From positions 5,985,706 to 6,049,302 of the forward strand of contig MU053561.1 in the NCBI GenBank assembly GCA_013239625.1: a stretch of DNA of 63,597 nt. The letters are read 5' to 3'. This document shows, piece by piece, positions 25,111 to 37,812 of the stretch. The translations under genes were made by a program, and so were the position numbers. The notes below the pieces were generated by a model that was given only the letters and a program-made list of their open reading frames with translations, had not been told where the DNA came from and made no database searches. The DNA comes from Lama guanicoe (taxonomy: Eukaryota). Within the stretch, counting starts at the first letter, position 1, and the number at the start of each line of letters is the position of its first letter.

Positions 25111-28100
25111 GAGAAGGTGAGAAGAAGGTAAGGGGAGTAGGTGGAAAGTGGAGGAATGAGTGGGGAACTTTGAGGAAGGCTCTGTGCAAAATTATAACTG
25201 TCACAGTTGGAACCCCCAGGTTATTCTTAAGAAGCCTCTTTAACTCAGGGTACCCAAGGCCTCAAACTCTCTACCAAAATCTTGTCTCATCTCCTTTATT
25301 CACATAAGGCTTGCCTGATGACAGATAAAAGTATTCACCTTCCCAGGGCTGTCTGCATTCTTATCAAGAGATATACATCTGAGAAGTAAAATAGGAAATA
25401 TTTGATAGGAGGTGGGAAGATTTCTTGAAATCCCACACCCACTTGTTTGCCAACTGCCTAAGGTCACTCTGAGTGGTAGGGCTTTTTCCCTCACCCTGGG
25501 AGCTGACCCCTGGGAACTGTCCTAGAGCCAAGCAGTTGACAGAGCTGCCTTGTTGGAGAAAGTGGATACATTTCTTAGCTCTGAGACCAGACTGGTGCGG
25601 CCTGTAGCTGACAGTGAAGGGAACCCACAGTGAGAGCACTTAAGTGGGTTAAACTGATGCAAGGATGGGAAGAGAGGCAAGAGAGAGAGGAAGACAGATT
25701 TAGAATGAGAAACCATTTAGATATTCACCTGGGCTTGGATTCAGGGGGTGGAGATAAGGGAGATACTATTTTCCCCATATCCATCTCTGGTCCACGTAGG
25801 GGAGAATACAGGGATGCAACTAACTGGCACTGCCCTTCCTTTCAAACTTAATTTAAGATTAGACTGTACCTGGGGTGAGCAATGAGGGAAAATGCAGTGA
25901 CCTGGGAAATAAGAGAAGAGGATATGAGGACATGAGTGATGGGAGAGCCTAAGCAATCCAGTTGTCTGGAAAGTGCCTGGGCCAGGATAACCTCGAGGCA
26001 AGGAGGCATGAAACTTAAGAAGACATTCACTCTCAAAATCATATAGATGTAAAGATGGTCCCAGAGAGTGGTGCCTCCTTAAGTTTTGTGCCCTGGGTGC
26101 CTCATTTGCATCACTCTAGCCCCAACACTGATCCCTATACCAGCTCTTCTTTGGCTCTAACCACGTCCTAAAAATGAACAGAAGAGGACCGAGAAAACCT
26201 GCAAGGTCTGGTCTCTCTTGCTGGACTGCCGTGTTCAACATGCTGAGTCTCTGAAAGTGCCCTCCTTGTCTGTGCTCTCAAGTGCATTCACTCATGTTTG
26301 GGATCTGTGCAGGAGACAAACCACTCTCCACGTTCCAGGCAGAAAGTCTCAGATTCACTTGTTCCTGTCAACGCACCCTTCAGAGTCTTCTCACACTCAC
26401 CCCCTGCCAGTAAGGAACACAGCTCCTCAGACTGATTTATAGACATATTCCTCATCTCTGTATGGACAGGATATCTGAACTGAGCCTTCCCAAACTTCCA
26501 GTTACCAAGAGTTTCCTGTGCAGGACTGAATGCTTGGTAATTCGAGCCCCACTCTCAGGTATGTTCGTACGGATTTCTCCACTCTCTCATGTCTCCTTAT
26601 ATGATCTCAAAAGACTGGAAACATTCTAAATGTTTGCAATCAAGGACTGAGGAAGACATCTTAAAAATGCCCCAATCTGGCTGGTTTCCCATGACCACAT
26701 GAATCTCTCAGCAGAGCCAGTGTCAGGCTGGACAGGACCTAGCTGAGCGGGGAACTCTGGCTGTTCCTCCCGCCACCTATTCCTGCACTACACAGGTCCC
26801 CCACCTTCGGTGTGTGGTGGGCCATTTTGTGCTTCTCCTGGAACTCTTCAGTCTGTGTTCCTCATCTAGCCTGTGCAAAAATATGATAAAACCTGGGGTC
26901 CACCACTGAACTGGCCTAAAGCCTGGTGATCATTTACACTGAAACTCATTTTTAGCTCTGAATATGTTATGACAGGTAATCAGAGCAGAACAACAACATG
27001 ATTTATTAATGGCTGATCACCCAGTGTGGGTATTAATATATTTTGCAGCAGTGTCAACCAGACGGATATTACTTCAAGGGACAAGTCTAATGTGGCCAAG
27101 TGTATTATCCAACCGCAAAAAGCTTCTCCCAGGGACTCATCATGAGGGCCTTTCAACACCATTTGGTGGGGCAGGAAGGGCCACGGTCACGTCTGAGGCA
27201 CAACCAGTCTGGGCTAAGATGCACTTTCTTTAGCAGAGGTGTTAACGTCTGATGTCTGAACTAGAGCTCAGCATTGTAGCTATTCAACGAAGGATTGAAA
27301 AGAAGTAAACAGACTTTTTAGTCTTAGGAGGGATTTAGGTTGCTATGAGGGAAGCTCACAGTAATAAGCAGTTCTAGTCTCTCGTGTTGGAATGCTGTGT
27401 TCACCCTGTCCAGTCTCTTAACACTGCTCCTTTGGGCTATGCTGTCACACCCACGCAGTGCTTAGGTTCTGCACAAGGAACTGAAACCCCTCTGGGTCTC
27501 CTAGGTACTCGAAGCAGGAAGGAATTTGATACAGGACATTCAGAATGGCTGGAAAAGCTGGAGCAGTGGAATGACTCCCTGGACTCCACAGAAATGACCA
27601 CCTCAAAAGGCAGTGAGCCCAACCTGGATCTTTCTGTAGTTTGTTGTCATGTACATATTAATTAACTGTTAAGGAAATTAAACTACTAAACATACATTCT
27701 GAGGGTAATATAATACAAAACCTATTCTATTCTGCATTATTTTTTCATGAAATTCTGGCTTATTTTGTATCAACTTGAGCTGCTGCAGTTCATACGAGTG
27801 CCTATTTCACCCCAGCATCATCAGAACTGGGCACTTTCATTAAACATTTTTTAAGGTTTTTTTTTTATAATTAAGAGACATTTTTATTAAAAAATTATTC
27901 TTAGATCATCTTAGAAGACACCCAGCCCAAGAAAATCCCAGCAGAATGCTGAATCCCAGGAGCACAGACTGAGGCAGGAAATTTAATTTTTTTCATTAAT
28001 TAAATGCTGTTACACTTGAAAAAAAATTCTTAAACATTAGCATTTTCCCTTACACTTGTGTGTAGTAGTCTACTCTTTTCCTTTTCTGTTTGTCAGTTAT

Positions 28101-28280
28101 CACTTCTTGTTCATTGCCAATTTATTGAGGGCCTATTTTAATTATAACTTCAAATAAGGTATTCATGTAGTACAGATTTTAACCCTTTGTGACTTCTCAT
28201 TAATACAAGTATTAGTTCATATTTTTCCCAAACAGGTCCCTTCTTTTTATGTCTTCCACTAGTACAGGATTTTAAGCATA

Positions 28281-28346
28281 TGGATGGATAGATAGATAGA
28301 TAGATAGATAGATAGACAGATAGATACATAGATAGACAGACAGACA
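28281..28346. repeat. (GATA)n/(GACA)n microsatellite
   Basis: Read directly. Confidence 0.95.
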
Positions 28347-28929
28347 ATCTCCTAAGTAAATAACATGTTACTAATTACAGTTATCATGTACTGAGCCCCT
28401 ATTCTGTGCCAGACAGCAGGCTATTGATATACAGTATCTCCTTTAATCTTCTAAACAATTCATCTTACAAAAGGAACAGTCTCTGGAGAGTTAAGCAACT
28501 TGCAAGAGGTTTTATGACATGATCATGATTTAAATGCAAGTCTTTCTGACTCTAAATTCTATGTTCAATTTGCCCATGATTTACTCTTTCTAATTACTGC
28601 TTTAATTACTTTTTCGGTCAGTATTTTCTTCTGCACTTATTAAGTTGGTCATAATAAATATAAACATATAAATAGAATATAGGATTTCTCTCTTATATTC
28701 TGTTTATCATGAATATGAATATAATAGGAAAAACGAACATTACAAAATTAAATTAAAATAATTCATTATGATGTAATTAATCAGCATAAATAGGTTGTGC
28801 TGCAGAAGAAATTATACAACAAAATTTTAATGAGTTACAAAAAAATTTTGAATTTTCTGATGTGGGTTAGTGGGGACTCTCTTCGACCAGTGATTCAAAG
28901 CATTCTTTATCTCAGTATGTTGCTATTAC

Positions 28930-30010
28930 ACTCTTAATATTTCTGTTGTTCTTTATTCCTTCCTGATGTTCCAAGATTCTTTCTTTTACAATTTTCTTTC
29001 TGTTTAGAGACTTTCTTTTAGCCATTCTTTTAGGGTAGGTCTGCTAGACAAATTCTCAAAATTTTCCTTCCTCTGGGAACATCCTGATTTCTCCTTCCTT
29101 CCTGAAGGATATGTTTGCTGGATACAGAATTCTGGATTGACAGTTCTTTTCTTTTAGAAGTTGAAAAATGTGCCATATTCTTCTGGCCTCCGTGGATTTT
29201 TGATGAGAAAACCTGCTGTCATCCAAATTGTTTATCCCCTATAAGTAATACATCTTTTCTCTTTTGCTGCTTTCAAGATTTTTTCTTTATTTTCAGTTTT
29301 CAGACATTAGACTTTGATACATCCTGGCACAGATTCTGGGGGTTTATGCTATTTGGAATTCCTCACTTTCTTGAATCTGTAAGCTTAGGTCTTTTGGAAA
29401 AATTTTCAGGATATTTAGAAAAATTTTCAGCATGATTTTGAATACTTTTTAATCTCTGCCTTCTTTCTTGCTCCTTCTAAGACTTTGGTGACACAACCAT
29501 TAAATCTTTCGTAAAGCTCCACAAGTTCTTGATTTTATCGGGTTTTTTTGTTTGTTTTTTGGTTTATTTTATCTCTGTTGTTCAGACTAGGTAATTTCTT
29601 TTGTTCTATTTTCAAGTTCATGGATTCTTTCCTCTGTCCCCTCATTCTGCTACTGAGCCCATCTATTGAATTTTTTATTTGACTATTATATTTTTAAGTT
29701 CTAAAATTTCCACTTGCCTCTCCCTTATCTTCCATTTCATTACTGCAACTCTCTCTGTTTTCACTGGCTTCAAATATGTTTATAATGATCTGCTGAAACA
29801 TTATTATGGTGGCTGCTTTAAAAACCTTTGTCAGATCATTCTAACATTTATGTCATCTAGATGTGGGTATCTGATGATTGCCTTTTCTCATTCATATTCA
29901 AAGATTTTCCAGGTTCTTGGTATGAGTGATTTTTGATCAAAATATGAAAAATTTGGGTACTATGTTATAAGGCTTTGGGTTTTATTTAAATTTTATGTTT
30001 TACCAGACCT
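28930..30010 (-). mobile_element. Old L1M ORF1-region fragment
   Basis: cctgaaggatatgtttgctggatacagaattctggattgacag and similar L1M antisense motifs. Confidence 0.7.
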
Positions 30011-30208
30011 CCTCCGACACTGTTACGGTAGGTGCCACCTTGTTATTCTCCACAGAGAAGGCTTTGCATGGGGTCTGAGATTTCCAGTACAGTTTGCAAA
30101 GCCCTTGGTGACTTTTCAAAGTATTACTATATGCAACAGTAAAACCACTTTATTCCTCACAATAAAGGGAGTGGGGAAGCCCAGGTAAATCAGCCTAGGT
30201 ATGCCTAC

Positions 30209-30653
30209 TTGGCTGACTCATCTTTTTTTAAAATAGAGTTCAGTGTTTTTTTCAATTCACTAATAAACTAAAATTCCATTTCTAGATATTTCCTTTTCTT
30301 GTATGTCTCATTTATTTTATGAGTAAGCAAATCCCTATAAGGGGCAGCTTTACCTAGTCCTCAGACTCAGATCCATCTTCACCTTGACTAATCGGGAAGT
30401 AAGAAGTTCACAAGTCTCCTTGTCAGATGCAACCACATAAAGCCAAGCACAAAGATTGTTCTTCTTAAGGTATTTCTTGGTAAAATGTTTCAAATACATT
30501 TTAGAAAACTGTTTCACAAAAATAACGGTAACTTTATTCTTAAAATATTCAATGTGAAGAACATTCCCAAAATTTCAAGTTTTTCCATTAACTTTAAACT
30601 TCTCTCATAGAAGTTGTTCAAAATTTCCAGAATCAAAAATTCCTAAACTTCTA
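30209..30653 (-). pseudogene. Cluster of three candidate exons (30567-30653, 30354-30387, 30209-30267)
   Basis: 87 nt [28 protein letters not shown] (acceptor catccag, in-frame TAG, donor G|gaatgt); 34 nt with acceptor cttcccgattag and donor gtaaag; 59 nt FISELKKTLNSILKKDESA with donor gtaggc. Confidence 0.38.
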
Positions 30654-30805
30654 CTGGATGAGCAAGATCCAAATTAAACTCCAGGTTGATTTGTTAGGTT
30701 TCTTGCCTTTCTGTGGCACCATCTTGAAGGCTGGCTGGGCAAATAGAGAGAGCCTAGCTGATTCATTTAAAAGAGAATTAGTTGATAGTCAATGAGAACA
30801 GGCTG

Positions 30806-31143
30806 TGCTATGGTCTGAATGTTTGCGAACTCCACAAATTCATATGTTGAAATCCTAACTCCAAAGGTAATGGTCTTAGTAGGGGGCAACTTTGGGAGGT
30901 ACTTAAGCTATAGAAGGAGGCCTCATAATGGGATTAGCGCCTTATAAAAGAGGCTCCCGAGAGATGCCTAGCCATGTGAGGGCACAACGAGACATTTACA
31001 GTCTGGAAAAGAGCCCTCACCTGACCATGTTGGCAACCTCATCTTGGACTTCCAACCTCTAGAATTGTAAGAAATGAGATTCTGTTGTTTATAAGCTATC
31101 CAGCCTGTGGTATTATGTTCTAGCAGCTTGAAAGGACTAAGAT
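30806..31143 (+). mobile_element. MLT1A-like MaLR solo LTR
   Basis: tgctatggtctgaatgttt...aaattcatatgttgaaatcctaac...ggacttccaacctctagaattgtaagaaat...gactaaga. Confidence 0.85.
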
Positions 31144-31379
31144 GGCCCCCCAGTGAGAGAGAGCCCAGGCCAGGGTGAAGGAGAGGACAAGAAGGGGCAT
31201 TCTGCAATATACCAGTATTTGAATAGCACCCAATTTTAAAAATCAACATCAAAAAAGTTATTATAAACCTATTATTAGAGGAGGCTGTAGTAAGCAATTG
31301 GTCTCTATGCTTTTGAGTCAGAATTGAGTCAGATTCCTATGTATACTTCTCTGTATCCCTAATTTCTCTCACTAAAATA

Positions 31380-31860
31380 TTCATTCTTACTGTATATTAG
31401 GCATTGTTGTAGACACTGCAGTACAACAGTGGACAAAAGAGAAAAAATGCCCCTATCCTCAGGGAGCTAAAATTCTAGTGAAGCAAAGGCACATGATAAG
31501 ATAAATATATAGTATCTTGGACAGTGATAAGTTCACTGGAGAAAAATAAATCAGCAAAGGAGATTTAAATGGTCAGAGGTTGCAATTTTAAGTGGGATTG
31601 CCAAGGAATCCCTCACTAGAGAAGGTCACACTTGAGTGAGAACCTAAGGAGGTGTATCAGTCAGACTTCAACCAGAGAAACTTCTAGTTAATGCTTGATT
31701 GAACAGCTCAGGACTGTATCCTAGCCAAGTTGACACAAAACTGACCATCACAGGAGGTGAATGAGCTAGGTATGTAAATATCAGGGAGAAGAGTACTCTA
31801 GGTAGAGGGAATCCTGGTGTAAAGCGCTGAGTAGAAGCACTCAAGGAGTATTCCAAAGAT

Positions 31861-31910
<50 letters not shown>

Positions 31911-31995
31911 CCTAGAGTACAGAGAGTGGCAGGACATGAATTCAGAGAGATAATGGGGAGCCAGAATATGCATAGCTCTGTAAGCCATTATGATC
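31380..31995. mobile_element. LINE-2 relic with an expanded poly-A (31864-31908)
   Basis: cctatcctcagggagctaaaattctagtg, gaaggtcacacttgag L2-type motifs; related pieces at ~36180-36260 and ~37840-38860. Confidence 0.6.
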
Positions 31996-32483
31996 AATCT
32001 TCTAATCCATGTAGGCCTTTATAAACACTGGCCAGTGGTGGTTTTAATTTTTGAACAACTTTATTGAGATATGAGGGACAATAAGCTGCACATACTTAAA
32101 CTGCACAATGTTTTGATATACATACACTCCAGTGGCACCATCACCACATTCAAGATCGTGAACTTGTCCATCACACCCAAACATTCGCTTCTGCCCTTCT
32201 GCAATCTCGTCTGCTGCTTGCCATCAACCTTCTTCTCTTTCCTTAGGCAACTACTGATCTACCTTCTGTCACTGTAGATTAGTTATATTCTCCAGAATTC
32301 ATGTAAGTGAAATCATACAGAACATATGTGTTTCTGCCTATCTTCTTTCATTCAGCATAATTGAGACTCATGTATGTTGTTGTTTATATCTGTAGTTCAT
32401 TCCTTTTTTTGCTGAGTAGCATTCTATTGTGTCATTACATTACAATTTGTTTATACATTCAAGTGTTGATGGAAATTTGTGTT

Positions 32484-33053
32484 TGTAATGGTTAATTTTA
32501 TATGTCAGCTTGACTGGGCTAAGGGATGCCCAGATAGCTGGTAAAACATTATTTCTGAATGTGTTTGTGAGGGTGTCTCTTGAAGAGATTAGCATTTGAA
32601 TCAGTAGAGTAAGTAAAGATCACCCTTCACTCACGTGAGTGGGCACAATCCACTCCATTGAGGGCCTTAAGAGAACGAAAAGGTAGAGGGGTGAATTCAC
32701 TTGCTCTGGCTTGAGCTGAGACACCCAGCTTTCCCTGCCCTTGGACATCAGAGCTCCTGATTCTTGGGCTTTTGGACTCAAACTGGCCCCTTACCCCCAT
32801 CCCTCCCCATTCTCAGGCCTTTGGGCTCAGACTGAATTACATTACCAGCTTCTGGCTTCACTGGTTCTCCAGCTGTCCTCACTTAAGACCATAACAGGGT
32901 CATAATTCTACCTAACATGATACAAAATCTTGCTAATAGCAGATCGTGGGACTTCTTCGGGTCCATAACCATGTGAACCAATTACTATAATAAACTTAAA
33001 TTGACATCTACCTATATACTATTAGTTCTGTTTCTCTGAAGAACTCTAATACA
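32484..33053 (+). mobile_element. MLT2B-like ERVL solo LTR
   Basis: tgtaatggttaattttatatgtcagcttgactgggctaagggatgcccagatagctggtaaaacatt ... gaactctaataca; 5-bp TSD-like gtgtt/gtgct. Confidence 0.88.
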
Positions 33054-33797
33054 GTGCTATTTCCAGTTGGTGGATATCACAAATAAAGTTGCCATGAATA
33101 TCTGTGTGCGTGCCTGCACATGGACGTACACTTTGATTTCTCTTGGGTCAATACCTAGGGGTGGAATAAGAAGCTTTAGGTTTCAGGTTTTCACATTTAA
33201 CTCTATGGTCCATTTTGAGTTGATTTCTGTATATGATAATGAGGTACCAGAAGAATTTTATTTATTTACATACGGATATCCAATTATTCCAGAACCATTT
33301 ATTGAATGACTGTCCTTCCACAGAAATGCCTTTGCACCCTTGTTAAAAATTTATTGTATACATATATTTCTAGACTCTCTTTTCTGTTCCATCAATTGGT
33401 TTAGCTATCTTTACATCAATACCACACTATCCCAATTATTGTAGCTTTATAAATTTTGAATCAGGTAGTTAAGTCCTACAACTTTGTTCATAATCTTCAA
33501 GTTATTGTCTATTCTAATGTTAGACTTTTTTTTTAACTTAGTAGGAATTTTAGAATCAGCCTATCAATTTCTGTGAAAAAAAAAAGTTTGAAGAGGATTT
33601 TGACTAGGATTGCATTGACTCCATTGATAAATTTGGGGAGAACTGCATTATTAACCATTCTGAATTTTCTAATCAATGGACACCGTATATCTCTCTATTT
33701 TATTTAGAACTTCTTTGATTTCTCTCAGTAATGTTTTATAGTTTTCAGTGCACAGGTCTTACAAATCTTTTGTCAGATTTATTCCAAAGTTTTTTTT

Positions 33798-34518
33798 NNN
33801 NNNNNNNNNNNNNNNNNNNNNNNNNNNNNNNNNNNNNNNNNNNNNNNNNNNNNNNNNNNNNNNNNNNNNNNNNNNNNNNNNNNNNNNNNNNNNNNNNNNN
33901 NNNNNNNNNNNNNNNNNNNNNNNNNNNNNNNNNNNNNNNNNNNNNNNNNNNNNNNNNNNNNNNNNNNNNNNNNNNNNNNNNNNNNNNNNNNNNNNNNNNN
34001 NNNNNNNNNNNNNNNNNNNNNNNNNNNNNNNNNNNNNNNNNNNNNNNNNNNNNNNNNNNNNNNNNNNNNNNNNNNNNNNNNNNNNNNNNNNNNNNNNNNN
34101 NNNNNNNNNNNNNNNNNNNNNNNNNNNNNNNNNNNNNNNNNNNNNNNNNNNNNNNNNNNNNNNNNNNNNNNNNNNNNNNNNNNNNNNNNNNNNNNNNNNN
34201 NNNNNNNNNNNNNNNNNNNNNNNNNNNNNNNNNNNNNNNNNNNNNNNNNNNNNNNNNNNNNNNNNNNNNNNNNNNNNNNNNNNNNNNNNNNNNNNNNNNN
34301 NNNNNNNNNNNNNNNNNNNNNNNNNNNNNNNNNNNNNNNNNNNNNNNNNNNNNNNNNNNNNNNNNNNNNNNNNNNNNNNNNNNNNNNNNNNNNNNNNNNN
34401 NNNNNNNNNNNNNNNNNNNNNNNNNNNNNNNNNNNNNNNNNNNNNNNNNNNNNNNNNNNNNNNNNNNNNNNNNNNNNNNNNNNNNNNNNNNNNNNNNNNN
34501 NNNNNNNNNNNNNNNNNN
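33798..34518. other. Assembly gap (721 N)
   Basis: Run of N. Confidence 1.
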
Positions 34519-35004
34519 GATTGAAAAGGAGGGAATACTCCCAAACTCATTCTATGAAGCCACCATCACCCTGATACCAAAACCAGGCAAAGACACTACA
34601 AAAAAAGAGAATTATAGGCCAATATTACTGATGAACGTAGACGCCAAAATCCTCACCTAAATTTTAGCAAATACAATCCAACAACACATAACAAAGATTA
34701 TACATCATGACCAAGTGGGGTTCATCCCAGGAAACAAGGATGGTTCAACATACACAAATCAATCAATGTAATACATCACATCAACAAGAGAAAGGACAAA
34801 AACCACATGATCATCTCAATCGATGCAGAAAAAGCATTTGATAAAATTCAACATCCATTTATGATAAAAACTCTTGCCAAAGTGGGTATAGAGGGAACAT
34901 ATCTCAACATAATAAAAGCTATATATGACAAACCTACAGCCAGCATAGTACTCAACGGTGAAAAACTCAAAAGCTTCCCACTAAACTCTGGGACAAGACA
35001 AGGA
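34519..35004 (+). mobile_element. Young L1 ORF2 RT fragment (inverted 5' part of a twin-primed insertion)
   Basis: [25 protein letters not shown]...[24 protein letters not shown]...SGTRQG; TSD tattc(c/t)aaagtttt at 33780-33793 and 35005-35018. Confidence 0.92.
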
Positions 35005-36274
35005 TATTCTAAAGTTTTAAATGTGTTTTGGTGCTACTGAAAATAGTACTGCTTTTCAAAATTTCTAGATTCTATAGAATTAGAACTTGATTTTTGAAAT
35101 AGAATTGATTTTTTGTATATTGGTCTTGTGTCCCACAAACTTGCTAACCTTAATTTTTAGTTTTAATAGACTTTTTTTTTAAGATTCCAAAGGATTTTCT
35201 GTAGAGTTGACCATGTTGTCTGTGACTAAGATAATCTACTTTACTCCTTTCTTTCCAATCTTGATGGTCTTACACTATTTTCTTGCCTTATTGCATTGAT
35301 GAGAACCTCCATTAATATTCTAAACCAAAAGGCTGAGAGTGGACATCCTTGCCTTGTTCCTGATCTTAGGCATAACCATTCAATCCAAAGTATGATGTTA
35401 CCTGGGAGTTTTCTTTCCATAGATGCCTTTTACCAGGAAGTTCCTTTCCATTCTTATCTTGCCAACCATTTTTATCAGTAACAGATTCTGGATTCATATC
35501 TTTTGTTCCTATTGTAATGGTACTTTTTAATCTCTAATCTGTTAATACAATTAATTGCATTGATTGATTTTCAAACATTAAACCAACATTGTACTCCAGG
35601 ATAAACCCCACTTGCTCATGATGTACAATCCTTCTATATTATTGGATTTGCTAAACTTTTGTTAAGAATTATTATATTTATATAATGAGGAATATTGGTC
35701 TGTAATTATTTCTTCTTATAATGCCTTTGTCTGGTTTTGGTATCAGGATATTTCCGGTTTCATAGAATGAACTGTGAAGTATATCCTAGGGTTCAATCTT
35801 CTAAAAGTTTGTGTGTAACTGGTATTATTTTTCACTAAATATGCAATAGAATTCACCACTGAAACCATCTGGGCTTGAAGTTTCCTTTGTGGGAAGGATT
35901 TTAACTATAAGTTGAATTTATAGGGCTACTAAGGTTACCTTTTAATTTTTTTTCTGAGTGAGCTTTGATACTTTTGTCATTCAAGAAATTTATCTGTTGT
36001 ATCTAAGTTGTCAAATGCATTGACAAAAAATTGGTAATAATACTCTTATTATCCTTTTCATAGCTATCGGATCTGTGGTGATGTCTTCTCTCATTGCTGA
36101 TATTGATAAATTATGTCTTATCTATTTCTTTCTGATCAATTTGGAGAGAGATTTACCAACTTTATTCATCTTCTTATATTGGAGGGTGCTGAGCAGAGGA
36201 GTGACATGGTATGATTTACATTTAGCACTATTACTCTGGCTTCTTGATCTAAAATACAATGTAAGAAAACAGTA

Positions 36275-37812
36275 TGCTACTGGCACAAAAAAAGACACAT
36301 AGATCAATGGAACAGAACAGAAAGTCCAGAAATAAACCCACATACCTATGGTCAATTAACTACAACAAAGGAGGCAGGAATATGCAATGGAGAAAGACAT
36401 TCTCTTCAACAAGTGGTGCCAGGAAAATCAGATAGCCAAATGTAAAACAGTGAAAGTAGAACATTCCCTCACACCATACACAAAAATAAACTCAAAATGG
36501 TTTAAAGACCTAACTATAAGACATGAAACCATAAAACTCCTAGAAGAGACCATAGGCATAACACTCTTTGACATAAACCACAGCAATACCTTCTTGGATT
36601 TGTCTCCCAAGGCAAAAGAAATAAAAGCAAAAATAAACAAATCAGACCTACCTAAACTTAAAAGCTTTTGCAAAGCAAAGGAAACCATCAACGAAATGAA
36701 AAGACAACCTTTAGAATCAGAGAAAATATTTTCAAATGATGCAACTAGCAAGGGACTAATATCCAAAATAAATGAACAGCTCACACAATTCATTATCAAA
36801 AAGCTCCAAAGAATCCAATTTAAAAATGGGCAGAAGACTTGAATAGACATTTTTTTCCAAAGAAGACATACAGAAGACTAAGAGGCATGTGAAAAGATGC
36901 TCAGCATTGCCAATTATTAGAGAAATGCAAATCAAAACTACAATGAGGTATCTATCACCTCACACCTGTCAGAATGGTTATCATCAAAAAGTCTACAAAT
37001 AACAACTGTTGGAGAGGATGTGGTGGAAAGGGAGCCCTTTGCACACTATCAGTGGGAATGTAAATCGGTACAGCCACTGTACCAGCATAGATGTAAACAG
37101 TATGGAGGTTCCTCAAAAAACTAAAAACAGGACTACTAAATGATCCAGCAATTCCACTTCCTAATATAAATATATACCCAGAAAAATACGAAAACACTAA
37201 TTCAAAAAGTTACATGTACCCCAATGTTCATAGCAGCACTATTTACAATAGCCAAGACATGGAAGCAATTCACGTGCTCAACAATAGGTGACTGGATTAA
37301 GAAGATGTTGTACACACACACACACACACACATACACACAATGGAATATTACTTGTCCATAAAAAAGAATGAAATACTGCCATCTGCAGCAATGTGGATG
37401 GACTCAGAGAATATTATGCTTAGTGAAATAAGTCAGAGAAAGCCAAATACTATATGATATCACTTATATATGAAATCTAAAAAATAATACAAATGAAAGT
37501 ATATGCAAAACAGAAACAGATTCACAGACATGAAAAACAAACTTGTGGTTACCAAAGGGGAGAGGGAAGTGGGGAGGGACAAATTAGGGGTATAGGATTA
37601 ACAGACAAACACACTATATATAAAATAGATAAGCAACAAGGTTCACTGTATAGCACAAGGAATTATACCCATTATCTTGAAATAACCTATAATGGAATAT
37701 AATCTGCAAAAATACTCAATTATGCTGTATACCTAAAACTAACACAATATTGTAAGTCAACTATATTTCAATAAAGAGTAATCTGTAGTTTGACATACAC
37801 AAAAATATAAAA
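36275..37812 (+). mobile_element. 5'-truncated LINE-1 (ORF2 C-terminus plus 3'UTR)
   Basis: [36 protein letters not shown] at 37770; TSD-like taaaata(c/g)aatgta at ~36250 and ~37813. Confidence 0.92.

Larger units (their letters stand above)
32045..36170 (-). mobile_element. Old L1M (3' end into ORF2), interrupted by MLT2, the gap and a young L1
   Basis: 3' end actttattgagat... at 32060; antisense ORF2 motifs (gagagtggacatccttgccttgttcctgatcttagg at ~35335). Confidence 0.8.

Noticed and set aside
33731..34660. Long ORFs of 258-309 aa
   Set aside because: Artefacts of translating through the N gap.
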